64,000 bases of DNA. Source: an uncultured delta proteobacterium (GTDB lineage Bacteria; Desulfobacterota; Binatia; UBA9968). This document shows, one piece after another, positions 1 through 10,196 of the stretch. Numbering within the stretch: position 1 is the first letter of the stretch; each line of letters begins with the position of its first letter. Under the pieces are notes generated by a model. It did no database searches and was not told the origin of the DNA. It was given only the letters and a program-made list of their open reading frames with translations. The DNA lies in assembly GCA_963847445.1 (NCBI GenBank), contig CAWJZV010000012.1, positions 1-64,000 on the forward strand, read 5' to 3'. A program made the position numbers and the translations under genes.

Positions 1-374
1 TCGGCGCTCACGAACGGCAACGGCTTGGGAAGCGACTCTTGAAGGATGAGCGCCGAAGCAAGATGGATCGCGTCAAGAGTTCGGATATTGTAGCTGACGA
101 CCAGATCTTCGGCTTTGCTCAGCACTTGGGGCACCGGCTCTATCAATTGCCAGAACGATCTGTCGGCGTTTATCCTCGCCCTGATCCCGTTGTAGTTCGG
201 TGCGGTGATTTCTCCCCGCCGGTGACGCCGCAGAATCGCTGAACTTAGTTCGATGGGCGTAATCGCCGAGGAAAGAAACTCGTAGGATGCGAGTAGGGCG
301 CGAACTCTGGCCGATCCCGCTTCGCGGATATAGTGTTTCGCTAAAGCGCTGGTATCGAAGTAGGCGAGACTCAC
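1..374 (-). CDS. vapC: PIN-domain (VapC-like) toxin, runs off the window edge
   Basis: Hand translation from GTG at 374: MSLAYFDTSALAKHYIREAGS...TPIELSSAILRR...IRTLDAIHL, with the PIN motifs DTS, E and LDAIH. GTGA overlap with the antitoxin stop. One frameshift near 60. Not in the ORF track. Confidence 0.85.
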   Translation of the reverse strand, partial: MSLAYFDTSALAKHYIREAGSARVRALLASYEFLSSAITPIELSSAILRRHRRGEITAPNYNGIRARINADRSFWQLIEPVPQVLSKAEDLVVSYNIRTLDAIHLASALILQESLPKPLPFVSA

Positions 375-655
375 CGCTCGTCTCGTTCTTCGCTAATCGT
401 GCGGGCGATGGACTTCCCTTTGATCGGCACTGGCGCGCTCCAAGCGGGCATGGGCTTCCCACTCTTTGGACCGCGCCGCAGGACTCCCTCCGATTCCAGG
501 CGGCGCAGCGTGGCGTCGGTATCTCCGCGCGGTTCCAATGACTTGATCACGGCAATAGGCTTGCCGCGTTCGGTCAAAATAACTTCTTTGCCGGATTTGA
601 CCGCTTTGATCGCTTTGGAAAAGCTCTGGTTCGCTTCTCTTAGTCCCATTCGCAT
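371..655 (-). CDS. Phd/YefM-family antitoxin
   Basis: MRMGLREANQSFSKAIKAVKSGKEVILTERGKPIAVI is a typical Phd/YefM N-terminus. GAGG RBS before ATG 655, directly upstream of the PIN toxin. Confidence 0.85.
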   Translation of the reverse strand: MRMGLREANQSFSKAIKAVKSGKEVILTERGKPIAVIKSLEPRGDTDATLRRLESEGVLRRGPKSGKPMPAWSAPVPIKGKSIARTISEERDER

Positions 656-672
656 CGGGCGCCTCATTATTA

Positions 673-715
673 GTAGTGATGTCACTACAATAAGAGGTAT
701 GGCTTAAAGCGTCAA
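673..715 (-). promoter_or_regulatory. Sigma70-like promoter with overlapping palindromic operator for the TA operon
   Basis: Minus strand TTGACG-17 bp-TATTGT (715..687). Inverted repeat GTAGTGA-tg-TCACTAC at 673-688 abuts the -10 box. Confidence 0.65.
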
Positions 716-789
716 GTCCTCTGAGGAGACCTGAGGAGTGCAGTGGGGCTATATCGGTGGAGTTTGTCCAGTATATCAACAGCGTGCCT

Positions 790-905
790 GATGGACTTCG
801 TGGACTTCGTGGTTCAAAGTGGATCACTTTCTTTGTCCCGTCGTTGAACTTAACTTCGATCAGGTAGTCTCGCACATATTTAGCTTTTGTTACTGAAGGT
901 AGCAT
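790..905 (-). pseudogene. DUF2442-like gene stub
   Basis: MLPSVTKAKYVRDYLIEVKFNDGTKKVIHFEP resembles a DUF2442 N-terminus, then degenerates at the tandem duplication GGACTTCGT-GGACTTCGT-GG. Confidence 0.55.
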
Positions 906-921
906 AACGCGGTTGCCCAAA

Positions 922-1590
922 TCAGGGGTTGATGATCACTTCATTGCCGCGGCCGCGGAACAAGATGTCCAAAGCGTTGAGCACATCGCGGCCCATGATT
1001 CGCTCGTGTCCGGCGAAGTCGGCCTGGAGGCGGCAGGGGTAAATCGTTCCATCCAGATATACCCAGGCATGGAAGATCAACGTCGGTGTGGAGCTTTCGC
1101 CCACCCCTCCCATCAGCCCAGGAGTCCCGTCGCTTGGGTCTAACGCCAATTGTTCACAGTCCGCCCATGGTATCGCGCTGGCGTCTGCGCCGGTGTCGGG
1201 GATAACGTGATCCAAAATCAGTCCTGAGTTTCCGGGTTGTTTTCTAAATTCAACAGTGACGACTGGCAAGGGTTCGTTTGGATAGCCCTGGTCATACGAA
1301 AAAGCAGACCGGCGCATGCGATTGGGTTCGTGCTCGTGGCCAACGCAAGTGATGAAGGGATGTTTGCCTGAAGCCTGAGCGGAGTGAAGGACTTCTACAG
1401 GGCTTTTGCCGGAAACGATAACTATTCCGTCGGCGAAGCCGATCCATTGATCGCGATAGTTCGCGAGCAGGCTGTCGCGATGCGCCCAATAGTCGGCTTC
1501 ATTCTTTCGCCAATCGGGATGGACTTGCGTCGCGATCTTTGGGGGCAGACCGTCGATCAAGCTACCTGTCTGCTGTCCTAAATTAGCCAT
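922..1590 (-). CDS. DUF5678-like domain fused to a retropepsin-like (clan AA) aspartic protease
   Basis: N-half WRKNEADYWAHRDSLLANYRDQWIGFADGIVIVSG is DUF5678-like. C-half has the catalytic DTGA and the IMGRDVL motif. Confidence 0.7.
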   Translation of the reverse strand: MANLGQQTGSLIDGLPPKIATQVHPDWRKNEADYWAHRDSLLANYRDQWIGFADGIVIVSGKSPVEVLHSAQASGKHPFITCVGHEHEPNRMRRSAFSYDQGYPNEPLPVVTVEFRKQPGNSGLILDHVIPDTGADASAIPWADCEQLALDPSDGTPGLMGGVGESSTPTLIFHAWVYLDGTIYPCRLQADFAGHERIMGRDVLNALDILFRGRGNEVIINP

Positions 1591-1635
1591 AGCGGAATTA
1601 TACACAGAGCTGGATGTTTGCCAAACGCCAAAAAC

Positions 1636-1661
1636 AAAGGGCGACTCGATGGTCGCCCTTT
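1636..1661 (-). terminator. Rho-independent terminator of the molybdenum hydroxylase operon
   Basis: Stem AAAGGGCGAC/GTCGCCCTTT followed on the minus strand by GTTTTT, 30 bp after the stop at 1691. Confidence 0.7.
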
Positions 1662-1690
1662 GGGTTGTGGTCAGGTTTTTGAAGCGTGAT

Positions 1691-3974
1691 CTACGCCTTC
1701 CCCGCCTCCTTCAACGCCCGCAGCACATTCTCCGGACTCAGCGGCAGCTTGGTCACCCGCACGCCGGTCGCGTTGTAGATCGCGTTGGCGATGCAGGCCA
1801 TCGGCGGGACGCAGGCGATTTCGCCGGCGCCTTTGGCGCCGTAGGGGCCGGCGCCGGGGTAGCCTTCGACTAGCGTCGTCTCGATGCGCGGCATCATGTT
1901 GATGGTCGGCATTAGATAGTCGACGAAAGACGGGTTCAATGTTCTGCCTTCTTTGTCGAAGACGACTTGTTCGCACAGCGCTTGGCCGATGCTCATCGCT
2001 GTCGCGCCTTCGACTTGGCCTTCAACGGCGGCCAGATGAATCGGCTGGCCGATGTCGTGGACGGCGACGTATTTCAAAATCTTCACGTTGCCGGTCATGG
2101 TGTCGACTTCGACGATGCAGGCGTGCGTGGTGAACGGCTGGGAGCTGCCGTGGGCTTTTTCTTCGGCTACCAATGCCAGGTTATCGCAGTAGCCGCGGCC
2201 GATCACTTCGCCGATGACGTTGTGCGCGTCGGTGGCGACCGTCGCCAGTGCGATGGTTTTCGTCGGCGTGCCTTTGACCCGGATCTGCTTGTCGACGATC
2301 TCCAAATCGTCCGGGCTCGCTTCCAGTTTGCCCGCGGCCATTTTAAACAGCTGATTGCGCGCGTCGATGGCTGCGAGCCGGGATGCGGTGCCGGACACCA
2401 GGATGCCCCGGCTGCCGACCGTGCCCGCGTCCCATGGGCTTGCGTCGGTATCGACATTGACGACAGTGACATCGCTCACCGGAATACCGAGCTCCTCGGC
2501 GACAATCATGGGAATACCGAAACCGGGGATGGTGCCCATGTCGATCTTGCCGATGTGCACTGTCACCGAGCCGTCTTCATTCACTTTGACAATCGAGCCG
2601 CCGCCGGGACCGGCGCTCTCGATCCAGGATCCCGTGGCGAGGCCGATGCCCTGGTTCTTTTCCAGCTTCACTTTGCCCCAACCGATCTTCTCCTTGGCGA
2701 TGCGGATCGTTTCACCCAGCGAAACATCGCGCAGCTTGGGCACGCCGACGATCTTATCACCGGCTTTAGGCATGTTCTTAAGGCGGAATTCCGTCGGGTC
2801 CATGCCGAGCTTGGCGGCGATGGAGTCCATGTGCGACTCGACCGCAAACGCGGCTTGCGGGCCGCCAGGGCCGCGCACTGGGCCGCACACCTGTTTGTTG
2901 GTGTAGACCGTAAAGCCTTCGATGTGGCAGTTGGGCATCAAGTACCAGCCGCCGAGCATGTTGGTGCAGCGGGCGCCGGCCTGAACGCCGAATCCGGAGT
3001 AGCCGCCGGCGTCGTAGAATACTTTGCCGGTGCGGGCGAGAATGGTGCCGTCTTTTTTCACGCCGGTTTTGATGTACATGCGCGCGCCGGAGCGAATCGT
3101 CGTCGAGATCGTTTCCTCGGCCTTGTCGAGGACGATCATCACCGGCTCGCTTGGCCTTGATCGCCAACAGGCCGCAGATCGGCTCGACGGCGGCGCCTGA
3201 AGTGATGCCGCTGCCTTTGCCGCCAAATCCGCCGCCCAAGCCGGCGGAGATGACGCGCACGTCATTCAATCGCAGGCCCAGCATCTTCGCCGTTTCCTGG
3301 CGCACCGGGAACGGCGCTTGGGCGTTGGCCCACACCGTCAGCCGTCCGTTGGGTTCCATCTGCGCCGCGGCAATGCGCGGCTCCAAATACTGCGGATGGA
3401 TCATCTTGGTTTCGTAAACTTCCTCGACTACGAGATCGGCTTCGGCCATCGCCTTGTCGGGATCGCCGACATGGACGACAGCGTGGCCGCAGACGTTCTT
3501 CATCCCAGCCGGAGTGGTTTTCGGCAGCGGCATATCTTCGTGCAGCACCGGCGCGTCTGGTTTGGTCGCTTCCTCGGCGTCGAGCGCCACCGGCAGCGGC
3601 TCGTAGGTGACTTTGATTTTTTTGAGCGCCTGCTTGGCGATGGCCAGAGTATCGGCGGCGACGGCGGCGACCGGGTCGCCCATGAAGCGCACTTTGCCGC
3701 GCGCGAGAATGTGGCGGTCGATGTAGCTGCGGCCATAGCGCACGTTGGGGGCATCTTCAGCGGTAACCACGGCGTGGACGCCGGGGATTTTCTTCGCTTC
3801 GCTGGTGTCGATGCTGATAATTTTCGCGTGGGCGTATTGGCTGCGCAGTATCGCGCCCTGCAGTTGGTCTTTGAGCATCAGGTCGATGCCGTAAACGCCC
3901 TTGCCGATGACGCGGTCGATGCCGCCCATTCGGGCCGGGCTGGTGCCGACGACTTTGAATTCAGCTTTTGCCAT
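1691..3974 (-). CDS. Xanthine dehydrogenase-family molybdopterin-binding large subunit (frameshift ~3150)
   Basis: Joined ORFs 2778..4157 and 1691..3265. Motifs LRSQYAHA, GGGFGGKG, RGPGGPQ, GTVGSRG, GAKGAGE. Confidence 0.92.
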
Positions 3975-3976
3975 GA

Positions 3977-4453
3977 CTAAGCCCTCCCTGCGATGCGATC
4001 GGCGGCGAGGTGAATCGCGTCGACGATCTTGTTGTAGCCGGTGCAGCGGCAGATGTTGCCCGAGACCGCCTCTTCGATGTCCGCCGGCGTCGGCTTGGTG
4101 GTGCGGTCGAGCAGCGCTTTGACCGACATGATGAAGCCCGGCGTGCAGTAGCCGCACTGCACCGCGCCGGTGTCGATGAAGGCTTGCTGCACCGGGTGGA
4201 GCTTGTCGCCGTCGGCGAGTCCTTCGATGGTGAGGATCTGCGCGCCGTTGGCGTCGGCGGCCATGGTCACGCAGGTGTTGATCGGCTTGCCGTTATAAAT
4301 CACCGTGCAGGCGCCGCACTCGCCGGTGTTGCAGCAGAGCTTGCTGCCCTTCATTTCCAAAGTGTCGCGGAGAAATTCCAGCAGCGAAGTCGACGCTTCG
4401 GCGCTGGCGCTGACCGCTTTGCCATTGATGGTCGTATTGATCGTGACGCTCAT
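3977..4453 (-). CDS. 2x[2Fe-2S] small subunit of molybdenum hydroxylase
   Basis: CNTGECGACTV, QCGYCTPG and GNICRCTGY cluster motifs. Confidence 0.95.
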   Translation of the reverse strand: MSVTINTTINGKAVSASAEASTSLLEFLRDTLEMKGSKLCCNTGECGACTVIYNGKPINTCVTMAADANGAQILTIEGLADGDKLHPVQQAFIDTGAVQCGYCTPGFIMSVKALLDRTTKPTPADIEEAVSGNICRCTGYNKIVDAIHLAADRIAGRA

Positions 4454-5322
4454 TAGACTACCTCCTTGCCGGTGGCGGCTTTCCAGGTTTGTTCGAGACC
4501 GCGGCGGGTCAACGCTTCGACGATCCAGCGGCGGTTCTCGGCGCTGCTGCGCTGATCGCTGATCGGACTCGCTTCGCTGGCCGCCAGGGCGCCGGCTTCC
4601 TTAAGCAGCGCCGCGGTGAGCGGTTTGCCGCGCAGCAACGCTTCGGTTTTCGGCGCGCGCAGCGGTGTCGGCGCCACCGCGCCCAGGCCGATGCGGACCT
4701 CTTGCACGTTGTTTTTTCCGCTATCCGGCGTGAGCAGGACCGCGACGCCGACCATGGCGATATCCATGGCGCCGCGCACGGCGTGCTTCAAGTAGACGCC
4801 CTTGCTGCCGGGCGGCGGAATCGGCACCTCTATTTCTGTTAACAAGCCTTTCACGCCGGCAGCGCTTTTGCCCGGCCCCTGAAAAAACGACTTGAACGGT
4901 TCGCTGCGCTCGCCGTCGGAGAAAGCGAGCACGGCGTTGGCTTCCAACACCAAAAGCGGCGCGAGCGTTTCACCCGACGGTGAGGCGCGGCAGATATTGC
5001 CGCCGATGGTGGCGGTATTGCGCACTTGCAGCGACGCGAACTGGTGCGATGCTTCCCAGAGGACGGGCAACTTATCGCGCACCAGCGCGCTGGTTTCGAG
5101 CTCCCGGATGGTGGTCAGCGCGCCAATGCGCAGCGCGCCGCCGCTTTCCGAGATGCCGGCCAGGCTGGGAATTTTTTTGATATTCACCAGGCAGCCCGGC
5201 TCCTCCTTAAATTTAATGTCCACCATCACGTCGGTGCCGCCGGCGATGACTTTGGCCTCGGCGCCATGCTTGGACAACAGCGTCAAGGCGTCGCCGATGG
5301 ATTTCGGTTCAAAGTATTCCAT
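4453..5322 (-). CDS. FAD-binding medium subunit of molybdenum hydroxylase
   Basis: IAGGTD and QVRNTATIGGN motifs. Stop/start overlap with the small subunit. Confidence 0.95.
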   Translation of the reverse strand: MEYFEPKSIGDALTLLSKHGAEAKVIAGGTDVMVDIKFKEEPGCLVNIKKIPSLAGISESGGALRIGALTTIRELETSALVRDKLPVLWEASHQFASLQVRNTATIGGNICRASPSGETLAPLLVLEANAVLAFSDGERSEPFKSFFQGPGKSAAGVKGLLTEIEVPIPPPGSKGVYLKHAVRGAMDIAMVGVAVLLTPDSGKNNVQEVRIGLGAVAPTPLRAPKTEALLRGKPLTAALLKEAGALAASEASPISDQRSSAENRRWIVEALTRRGLEQTWKAATGKEVV

Positions 5323-5510
5323 ATTGTTTCTCCCCGCTTTAATGTTGTGCTTAATCCGTTGTCATAGCCCAAGTTGGAGTTTGATGACAAGGGGCAAATG
5401 GAGAATCAGTGTGTCGGAAAGTCAGCAGCTCAATATTCGCGCTTTGGCAATCAGCATGGCATGATCGAGCATGATGGTGGCGCATCAGCGATGCAAGCCA
5501 AGGGGTGACC

Positions 5511-5774
5511 ATGAAAGCGATTACACTAAGAAACCTACCTCCAGCAATTAGCGGAGGCCGTGCGCGAAGAGGTGGAGCGGAAACGACCAGCGTCAATAAG
5601 GCGGTGATAAGCCTATTGGAGCGAAAAGCAGAAGGACACAGAAAAAAGACCGCCCAGAAACGGGAATATGACGACCTTGACGCGCTCGCAGGAACTTGGA
5701 CAAGAAAAGAAGCTGGTGAATTTGACAAGGTCCTGGCAGCTCAAAGGGCTGTAGATCCCGAGCTGTGGAAGTAA
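5511..5774 (+). CDS. Ribbon-helix-helix (FitA/Arc-like) antitoxin
   Basis: MKAITLRNLPP...SVNKAVISLLE...YDDLDALAGTW...DPELWK. TAATG overlap with a PIN stub. Confidence 0.65.
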   Translation: MKAITLRNLPPAISGGRARRGGAETTSVNKAVISLLERKAEGHRKKTAQKREYDDLDALAGTWTRKEAGEFDKVLAAQRAVDPELWK

Positions 5775-5815
5775 TGCTGTTGCTGGTGGATACCTCAGCT
5801 TATTCTGCCTTTGAT
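5774..5815 (+). pseudogene. Stub of a PIN-domain toxin
   Basis: MLLLVDTSAYSAF is a PIN N-terminus. No further PIN motifs follow before the next gene. Confidence 0.55.
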
Positions 5816-5976
5816 TCGAGCTATTGCTGGAAGTCTGGCTCGCCGTTTCTAGCGCCCGCCAGATCGTTGATACCTAAACAAACTCACCTTGCAGTTTCTC
5901 CTTGCCAAGAATATAGAATTCTAACGTTAAGCGCACAGCTGGCAGCATTTTGCCCGGCGCAAGGAGAATTTGATTC

Positions 5977-7014
5977 ATGCGATTGCCGCACCGCGACCCG
6001 ATTCAGCTGGGTCTGACAGCTTATGAACTGTTTCAGGAGAAAGAGGGCATCCCCTCGGTCACCGGCTTTTTCATCGAAGACTTGATGGACGTCGAGGTCA
6101 AGCCTTGGGCGCGCATGGGGGCGCTCGGCTCCTACCTGAACATGGGCGAGCAGCAGGAGAACGACGCTTATATCTGCGAGATTCCCGCCGGCAAGCAGAC
6201 CGAGCCGCAGCATCATATGTTCGAGACGCTGATCTACATTCATAAAGGGCGGGGCGCGACCACGGTTTGGTTCGAGGGCGACGCCAAGCAGACTTTTGAG
6301 TGGGCGGCGGGAGCGATCTTCGCGATTCCGCTCAATGTTTCGTATCAACACTTCAATGTTTCCAATGAGCCGGTGCGCTTTCTTGCCGGCACCAACGCGC
6401 CGCACGTGATTAATTTATTTCACAACGAGGATTTTATTTTTCGCAATCCATTCCAGTTTCGCGACCGCTTCCGGCCGGACCGGGAATTTTTCAATGAGAA
6501 CAAGAAATTGACGGTACGGTCATGGGAGTCCAATCTGGTGCCGGATGTAAACACCTTCGCCCTCGACGACTACCCGATGAAAGGCAAGGGCGTAAAGATC
6601 ATGCGCTTCGGCCTGGCCGGCACGACTTACGGTTGCCACGTTCAGGAATTCCCGGCCGGCAGCCGCAGCCTGTTTCACCGCCATGGTCCCGGCGCCATCG
6701 TGTGCGTGACCCAAGGCACGGGCTTCGCGATGGTCTGGCGCGAAGGCGACGAGCGCACGCGCTTCGAGATCAAGCCGGGCTCGATCTATTCGCCCGGCGA
6801 TCTCATGTACCACGGCCATTTCAACACCGGCCATTCGACGCTGCGCCACTTCGCCATGCGCGGCCGCAGTCCGAAGTTCAGCCAGGACCGTTTCCGCACC
6901 AAGCTGCATGAGATGATCCCCCTGGACGAGGAGCCTGCGGATATTCATCCGATGTACTTGGCAGAGTTGCAGCGCAACGGCGTGAAGTCGGAGATATCGG
7001 TCGTGGAAGAATGA
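5977..7014 (+). CDS. Bicupin, gentisate-1,2-dioxygenase-like fold
   Basis: Two cupin repeats: QHHMFE...IPLNVSYQHFN and FHRHGPGA...YHGHFN. Confidence 0.8.
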   Translation: MRLPHRDPIQLGLTAYELFQEKEGIPSVTGFFIEDLMDVEVKPWARMGALGSYLNMGEQQENDAYICEIPAGKQTEPQHHMFETLIYIHKGRGATTVWFEGDAKQTFEWAAGAIFAIPLNVSYQHFNVSNEPVRFLAGTNAPHVINLFHNEDFIFRNPFQFRDRFRPDREFFNENKKLTVRSWESNLVPDVNTFALDDYPMKGKGVKIMRFGLAGTTYGCHVQEFPAGSRSLFHRHGPGAIVCVTQGTGFAMVWREGDERTRFEIKPGSIYSPGDLMYHGHFNTGHSTLRHFAMRGRSPKFSQDRFRTKLHEMIPLDEEPADIHPMYLAELQRNGVKSEISVVEE

Positions 7015-7020
7015 AGGGAT

Positions 7021-7173
7021 TTCACCACAGAGAGCACAAAGGGCACAAAATAGGGGCGCGCATTATCGCGCCCTCGGATTCGGAAGGTTGGCTGCAAAGA
7101 ACGCAAAGTACACAAAAAAAAATCTATGACGGATTACGGATTCCCGGACGTAGGGGCGTATCATGATACGCCC
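7021..7173. repeat. REP-like cluster (CACCACAGAG-type plus two GTAG-type hairpins)
   Basis: TAGGGGCGCGcattatCGCGCCCT (7051-7074) and GTAGGGGCGTATCATGATACGCCC (7150-7173). Related hairpins at ~8693, 13991, 16506-16585 and 38120. Confidence 0.7.
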
Positions 7174-7234
7174 GGTGGTGGCGGCATGCGATCTTCTTGC
7201 AATGACGGCTAATCATTACTTAGGAGAATCTAAA

Positions 7235-8693
7235 ATGGGCTGAACTTGCTTACACAGATTTCCGCAGCTTCGTTGAAGAGGCGAAAAAGATCAGCGACTA
7301 CCGGATTATCGAAGGAGCGGATTGGGATGCCGAGATCGGCGCGTTGGTCGAGTCCACCGCGGAGTTGGTGTCGCAACCGCCGATGCTGATCTTCGACAAG
7401 GTCAAAGGCTATCCGGCGGGTTTTCGGGTTTGCAGCTTGCCTTACGCGGCGTACCGCCGCGTGGCCTTGGCGCTGGGATTGCCCACCGACAAGACTAAAT
7501 TAGAAACCTTGCGTCTGGCGGCGCGCAAGGTGCGCAGCGCCGAGCCGATTGCGCCGAAGGAAGTAAGCAGCTCGCCGCTGTTCGAAAATAAATTGACCGG
7601 CAGCGACGTTAACTTACTCAAGTTTCCCGCGCTGCGATTTCACGAGAACGACGGCGGGCGCTACTTTGGGCCCGGCGGCGGATTGATCAATCGCGATCCC
7701 GACAGCGGCTACGTCAACAGCGGCACCTACCGCATGCAGCTGCATGACAAGCACACGCTTGGTCTATGGATGAGCCCCGGCCAGAATGGCCGGCAGATTT
7801 GCGCCAAGTATTGGGACAAGGGCAAGAGCTGCCCGGTGGTGGCGAGTTACGGCCAGCATCCGATGGTGTTCATGCCGTCTTACACGAAGTTTCCCTACGG
7901 CCGCTCGGAGATGGAAATATCCGGCGGCTTGATGGGCCGGCCGCTGGAAGTTTTACGCGGGCCGATTACCGGCTTGCCGATACCGGCGTCCTCGGAGATC
8001 GCCATTGAAGGCGAGATTCCGCCGCCGTCGGAAGAGGCGCGGGCCGAAGGGCCGTTCGGCGAGTGGCCGGGTTACTATTCCGGCGGCACTACGGGCACCG
8101 GCGAGAACCAACCGATCATTCGCATCAAAGCGATCTATCACCGCAACGATCCGATTCTCGAAGACGAGGCGCCGCTCTGGCCGGGGGCGGTGAAGATGGA
8201 TCTGCATATCTCCGCCGGCGTGCTGTGGGATCAATTGGAGAGCGCGGGTATTCAAGACATCGCCGGCGTCTACAATCACACTTCCTACATGACCGTGGTA
8301 TCGATCAAGCAAAAATACGCCGGACATGCCAAGCAGGCGGGGCAAGCGGCGCTCAGCTGCGCGGCGGCCAATCGTAACGGCCGCTACGTGGTGGTGGTCG
8401 ATGAGGATATCGACCCGACCAATATGAAAGAAGTGCTGTGGGCGATGATGACGCGGGTCGATCCGCCGACCAATATCGACATCATCGACGGCTGCTGGAG
8501 CACGCCCCTCGATCCGCGCATGCCGCCGGAAAAGCGCGATAGCAAGGATCACACCAACGGCCGGGCGATCTTCTACGCCGTGCGGCCATATCATTGGAAA
8601 GATAAGTTCCCGAAAGTCAGCCGGTCGAGCCGCGAGCTGCGCGAGAAGACGATTGCCAAGTTCAAAGGAGTGATCCCGTTTCCGGGGTCGTGA
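7235..8693 (+). CDS. UbiD-family (prFMN-dependent) decarboxylase
   Basis: DGGRY, GTYRMQ, EGPFGEWPGYY and VVVDEDIDP motifs. Likely true start is ATG 7235 after a GGAG RBS, with one extra G (MAELAYTDFRSFVEE). Confidence 0.92.
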
Positions 8694-8786
8694 GGGTGAG
8701 CGGCCGGTCGCCCCTGCACAGAACCCTCACCCTCAGCCCGCAAGCGGGCGAGAGGACGAAGATATTAAAGCGAGGGAATTTTCCAG

Positions 8787-10067
8787 ATGATCAGTCGGGA
8801 GGAAAACCAACTTCTAACCCAAACCAATGCCGGCACGCCGTGTGGCGAGCTGCTTGCGCCGCTATTGGCAGCCGGTGGCGTTGTCGGAAGAGTTGAAACC
8901 GGACGGCGCGCCGTTGCCGGTGACGTTGCTGGGCGAAGAGTTGGTGATTTTCCGCGACGACAAAGGGCGTGTCGGCGTGCTCGATGCGCATTGTTGCCAT
9001 CGCGGCGCCGATCTAACGTATGGCCGGTTGGAAGATGGCGGGCTGCGCTGCATTTATCATGGCTGGCTTTATGACGTGAACGGCAAGATTCTCGAACAGC
9101 CGGGCGAGCCCAACGGCGGCGAGCACCGGGATGCCTATTGCCAGCCGTCTTTTCCTTGCCGCGAGATCGGCGGCGTCATTCTAGCCTATATCGGTCCCGG
9201 CGAGCCGCCGCTGTTGCCCAATTACGAATTTCTTCAAGTTCCCGACGACCAGCGCTTTGTCTCGAAGATTCATCACGCGTGCAATTATCTTCAGTCCAAC
9301 GAGGGCAATATCGATCCGGTGCATCTGTCCTTCCTGCACCGCAATCTCGAACTTTCCGACACCGACAAAAAACGGCGCGTGCCGGGCAGCGAGAGTTCGC
9401 CCAATTCGCTGTTCGGCGCCGATATCGCGCCGCGCATCGAAGTCGAGCTGACCGATTTTGGCGTGCGGATTTTTTCCATTCGCAACATCGACGACGACAA
9501 GATTTATTTTCGCACGTCGAATTTCATCATGCCCAACTTCAGCACCTTCCCCGGCCAGACCGCGGCGGAGGGTTACTCGGTCAACTGGCATGTGCCGATC
9601 GACGATCACAATCACTGGAAATTCGTCATCGTTTTCAGCCGCAAGCGCGCGCTCGACCGCTCGATGATGCTGCGCGGGCGCGACGAGTTGCAGCCCGACT
9701 ATCGTATGATCCGCACCAAGGCGAACCGCTACTTGCAAGACCGCGCGTCAATGAAAGACAAAACCTTCAGCGGCATCGGCTACAACTTCCAGGCGCAGGA
9801 CGCCTGCGTCATCGAAGGCGCCGGAACGATCCAAGACCGGACCAAGGAGCATCTGGTGACCTCGGACAAGGCGATTGTCGCCGCGCGCAAGCTGCTGCTC
9901 AAGGGCATTCAAGACGTAAAGGAAGGGCGCGATCCGCTGCATGTGGTGCGCGATGCTAGAATAACCAGTTTGCGCATATCGCGGTGATCTCTGAAGTTGC
10001 GTCGAAGGCGGCAGACATTCGAGCCATTGTGCAGGAGAAAATCGCCGAGCAAGCTTCGTCCGATTAA
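8787..10067 (+). CDS. Rieske oxygenase alpha subunit, phthalate 4,5-dioxygenase-like (frameshifts ~8855, ~9960)
   Basis: MISREENQLLT...RYWQP start, Rieske CCHRG...CIYHGW, mononuclear Fe site EGNIDPVHLSFLH, C-terminal QD...EHL. Confidence 0.92.
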
Positions 10068-10077
10068 TTCAGAATTA

Positions 10078-10165
10078 CCCTCGCCCTTTGGGAGAGGGAA
10101 GGGTGAGGGCCATCGCATTCGTACCAAATGCGCCCTCACCTCAGTCCTCTCCCAGAGGGAGAGGA
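10078..10165. repeat. CCCTC-type inverted REP-like pair
   Basis: CCCTCGCCCTTTGGGAGAGGGAAGGGTGAGGG ... CCCTCACCTCAGTCCTCTCCCAGAGGGAGAGG. Related partial copies at 8724-8756 and ~24807. Confidence 0.65.
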
Positions 10166-10196
10166 GGGAAGAAAGGCTGCGGCGAAGGAAATATCA

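Noticed and set aside
1967-3160. Long opposite-strand ORFs (also 12524-13438, 23713-24573, 32311-33249, 47647-48645, 48527-49492)
   Set aside because: Antisense shadows of well-supported GC-rich genes, with no recognisable motifs.
1691-5322. Aerobic CO dehydrogenase (coxMSL) or 4-hydroxybenzoyl-CoA reductase
   Set aside because: Lacks the AYXCSFR loop and cox accessory genes, and the FAD subunit lacks the [4Fe-4S] insert.
5939-5953. Sigma54-like TGGCAGCATTTTGC upstream of the first cupin
   Set aside because: GG-to-GC spacing is one base short of the strict -24/-12 requirement.
10128-10196. N-terminal extensions in the ORF track (also 16495-16620 and 37003-37149)
   Set aside because: These translate REP-like repeats or intergenic DNA. 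Better starts matching family N-termini lie downstream.
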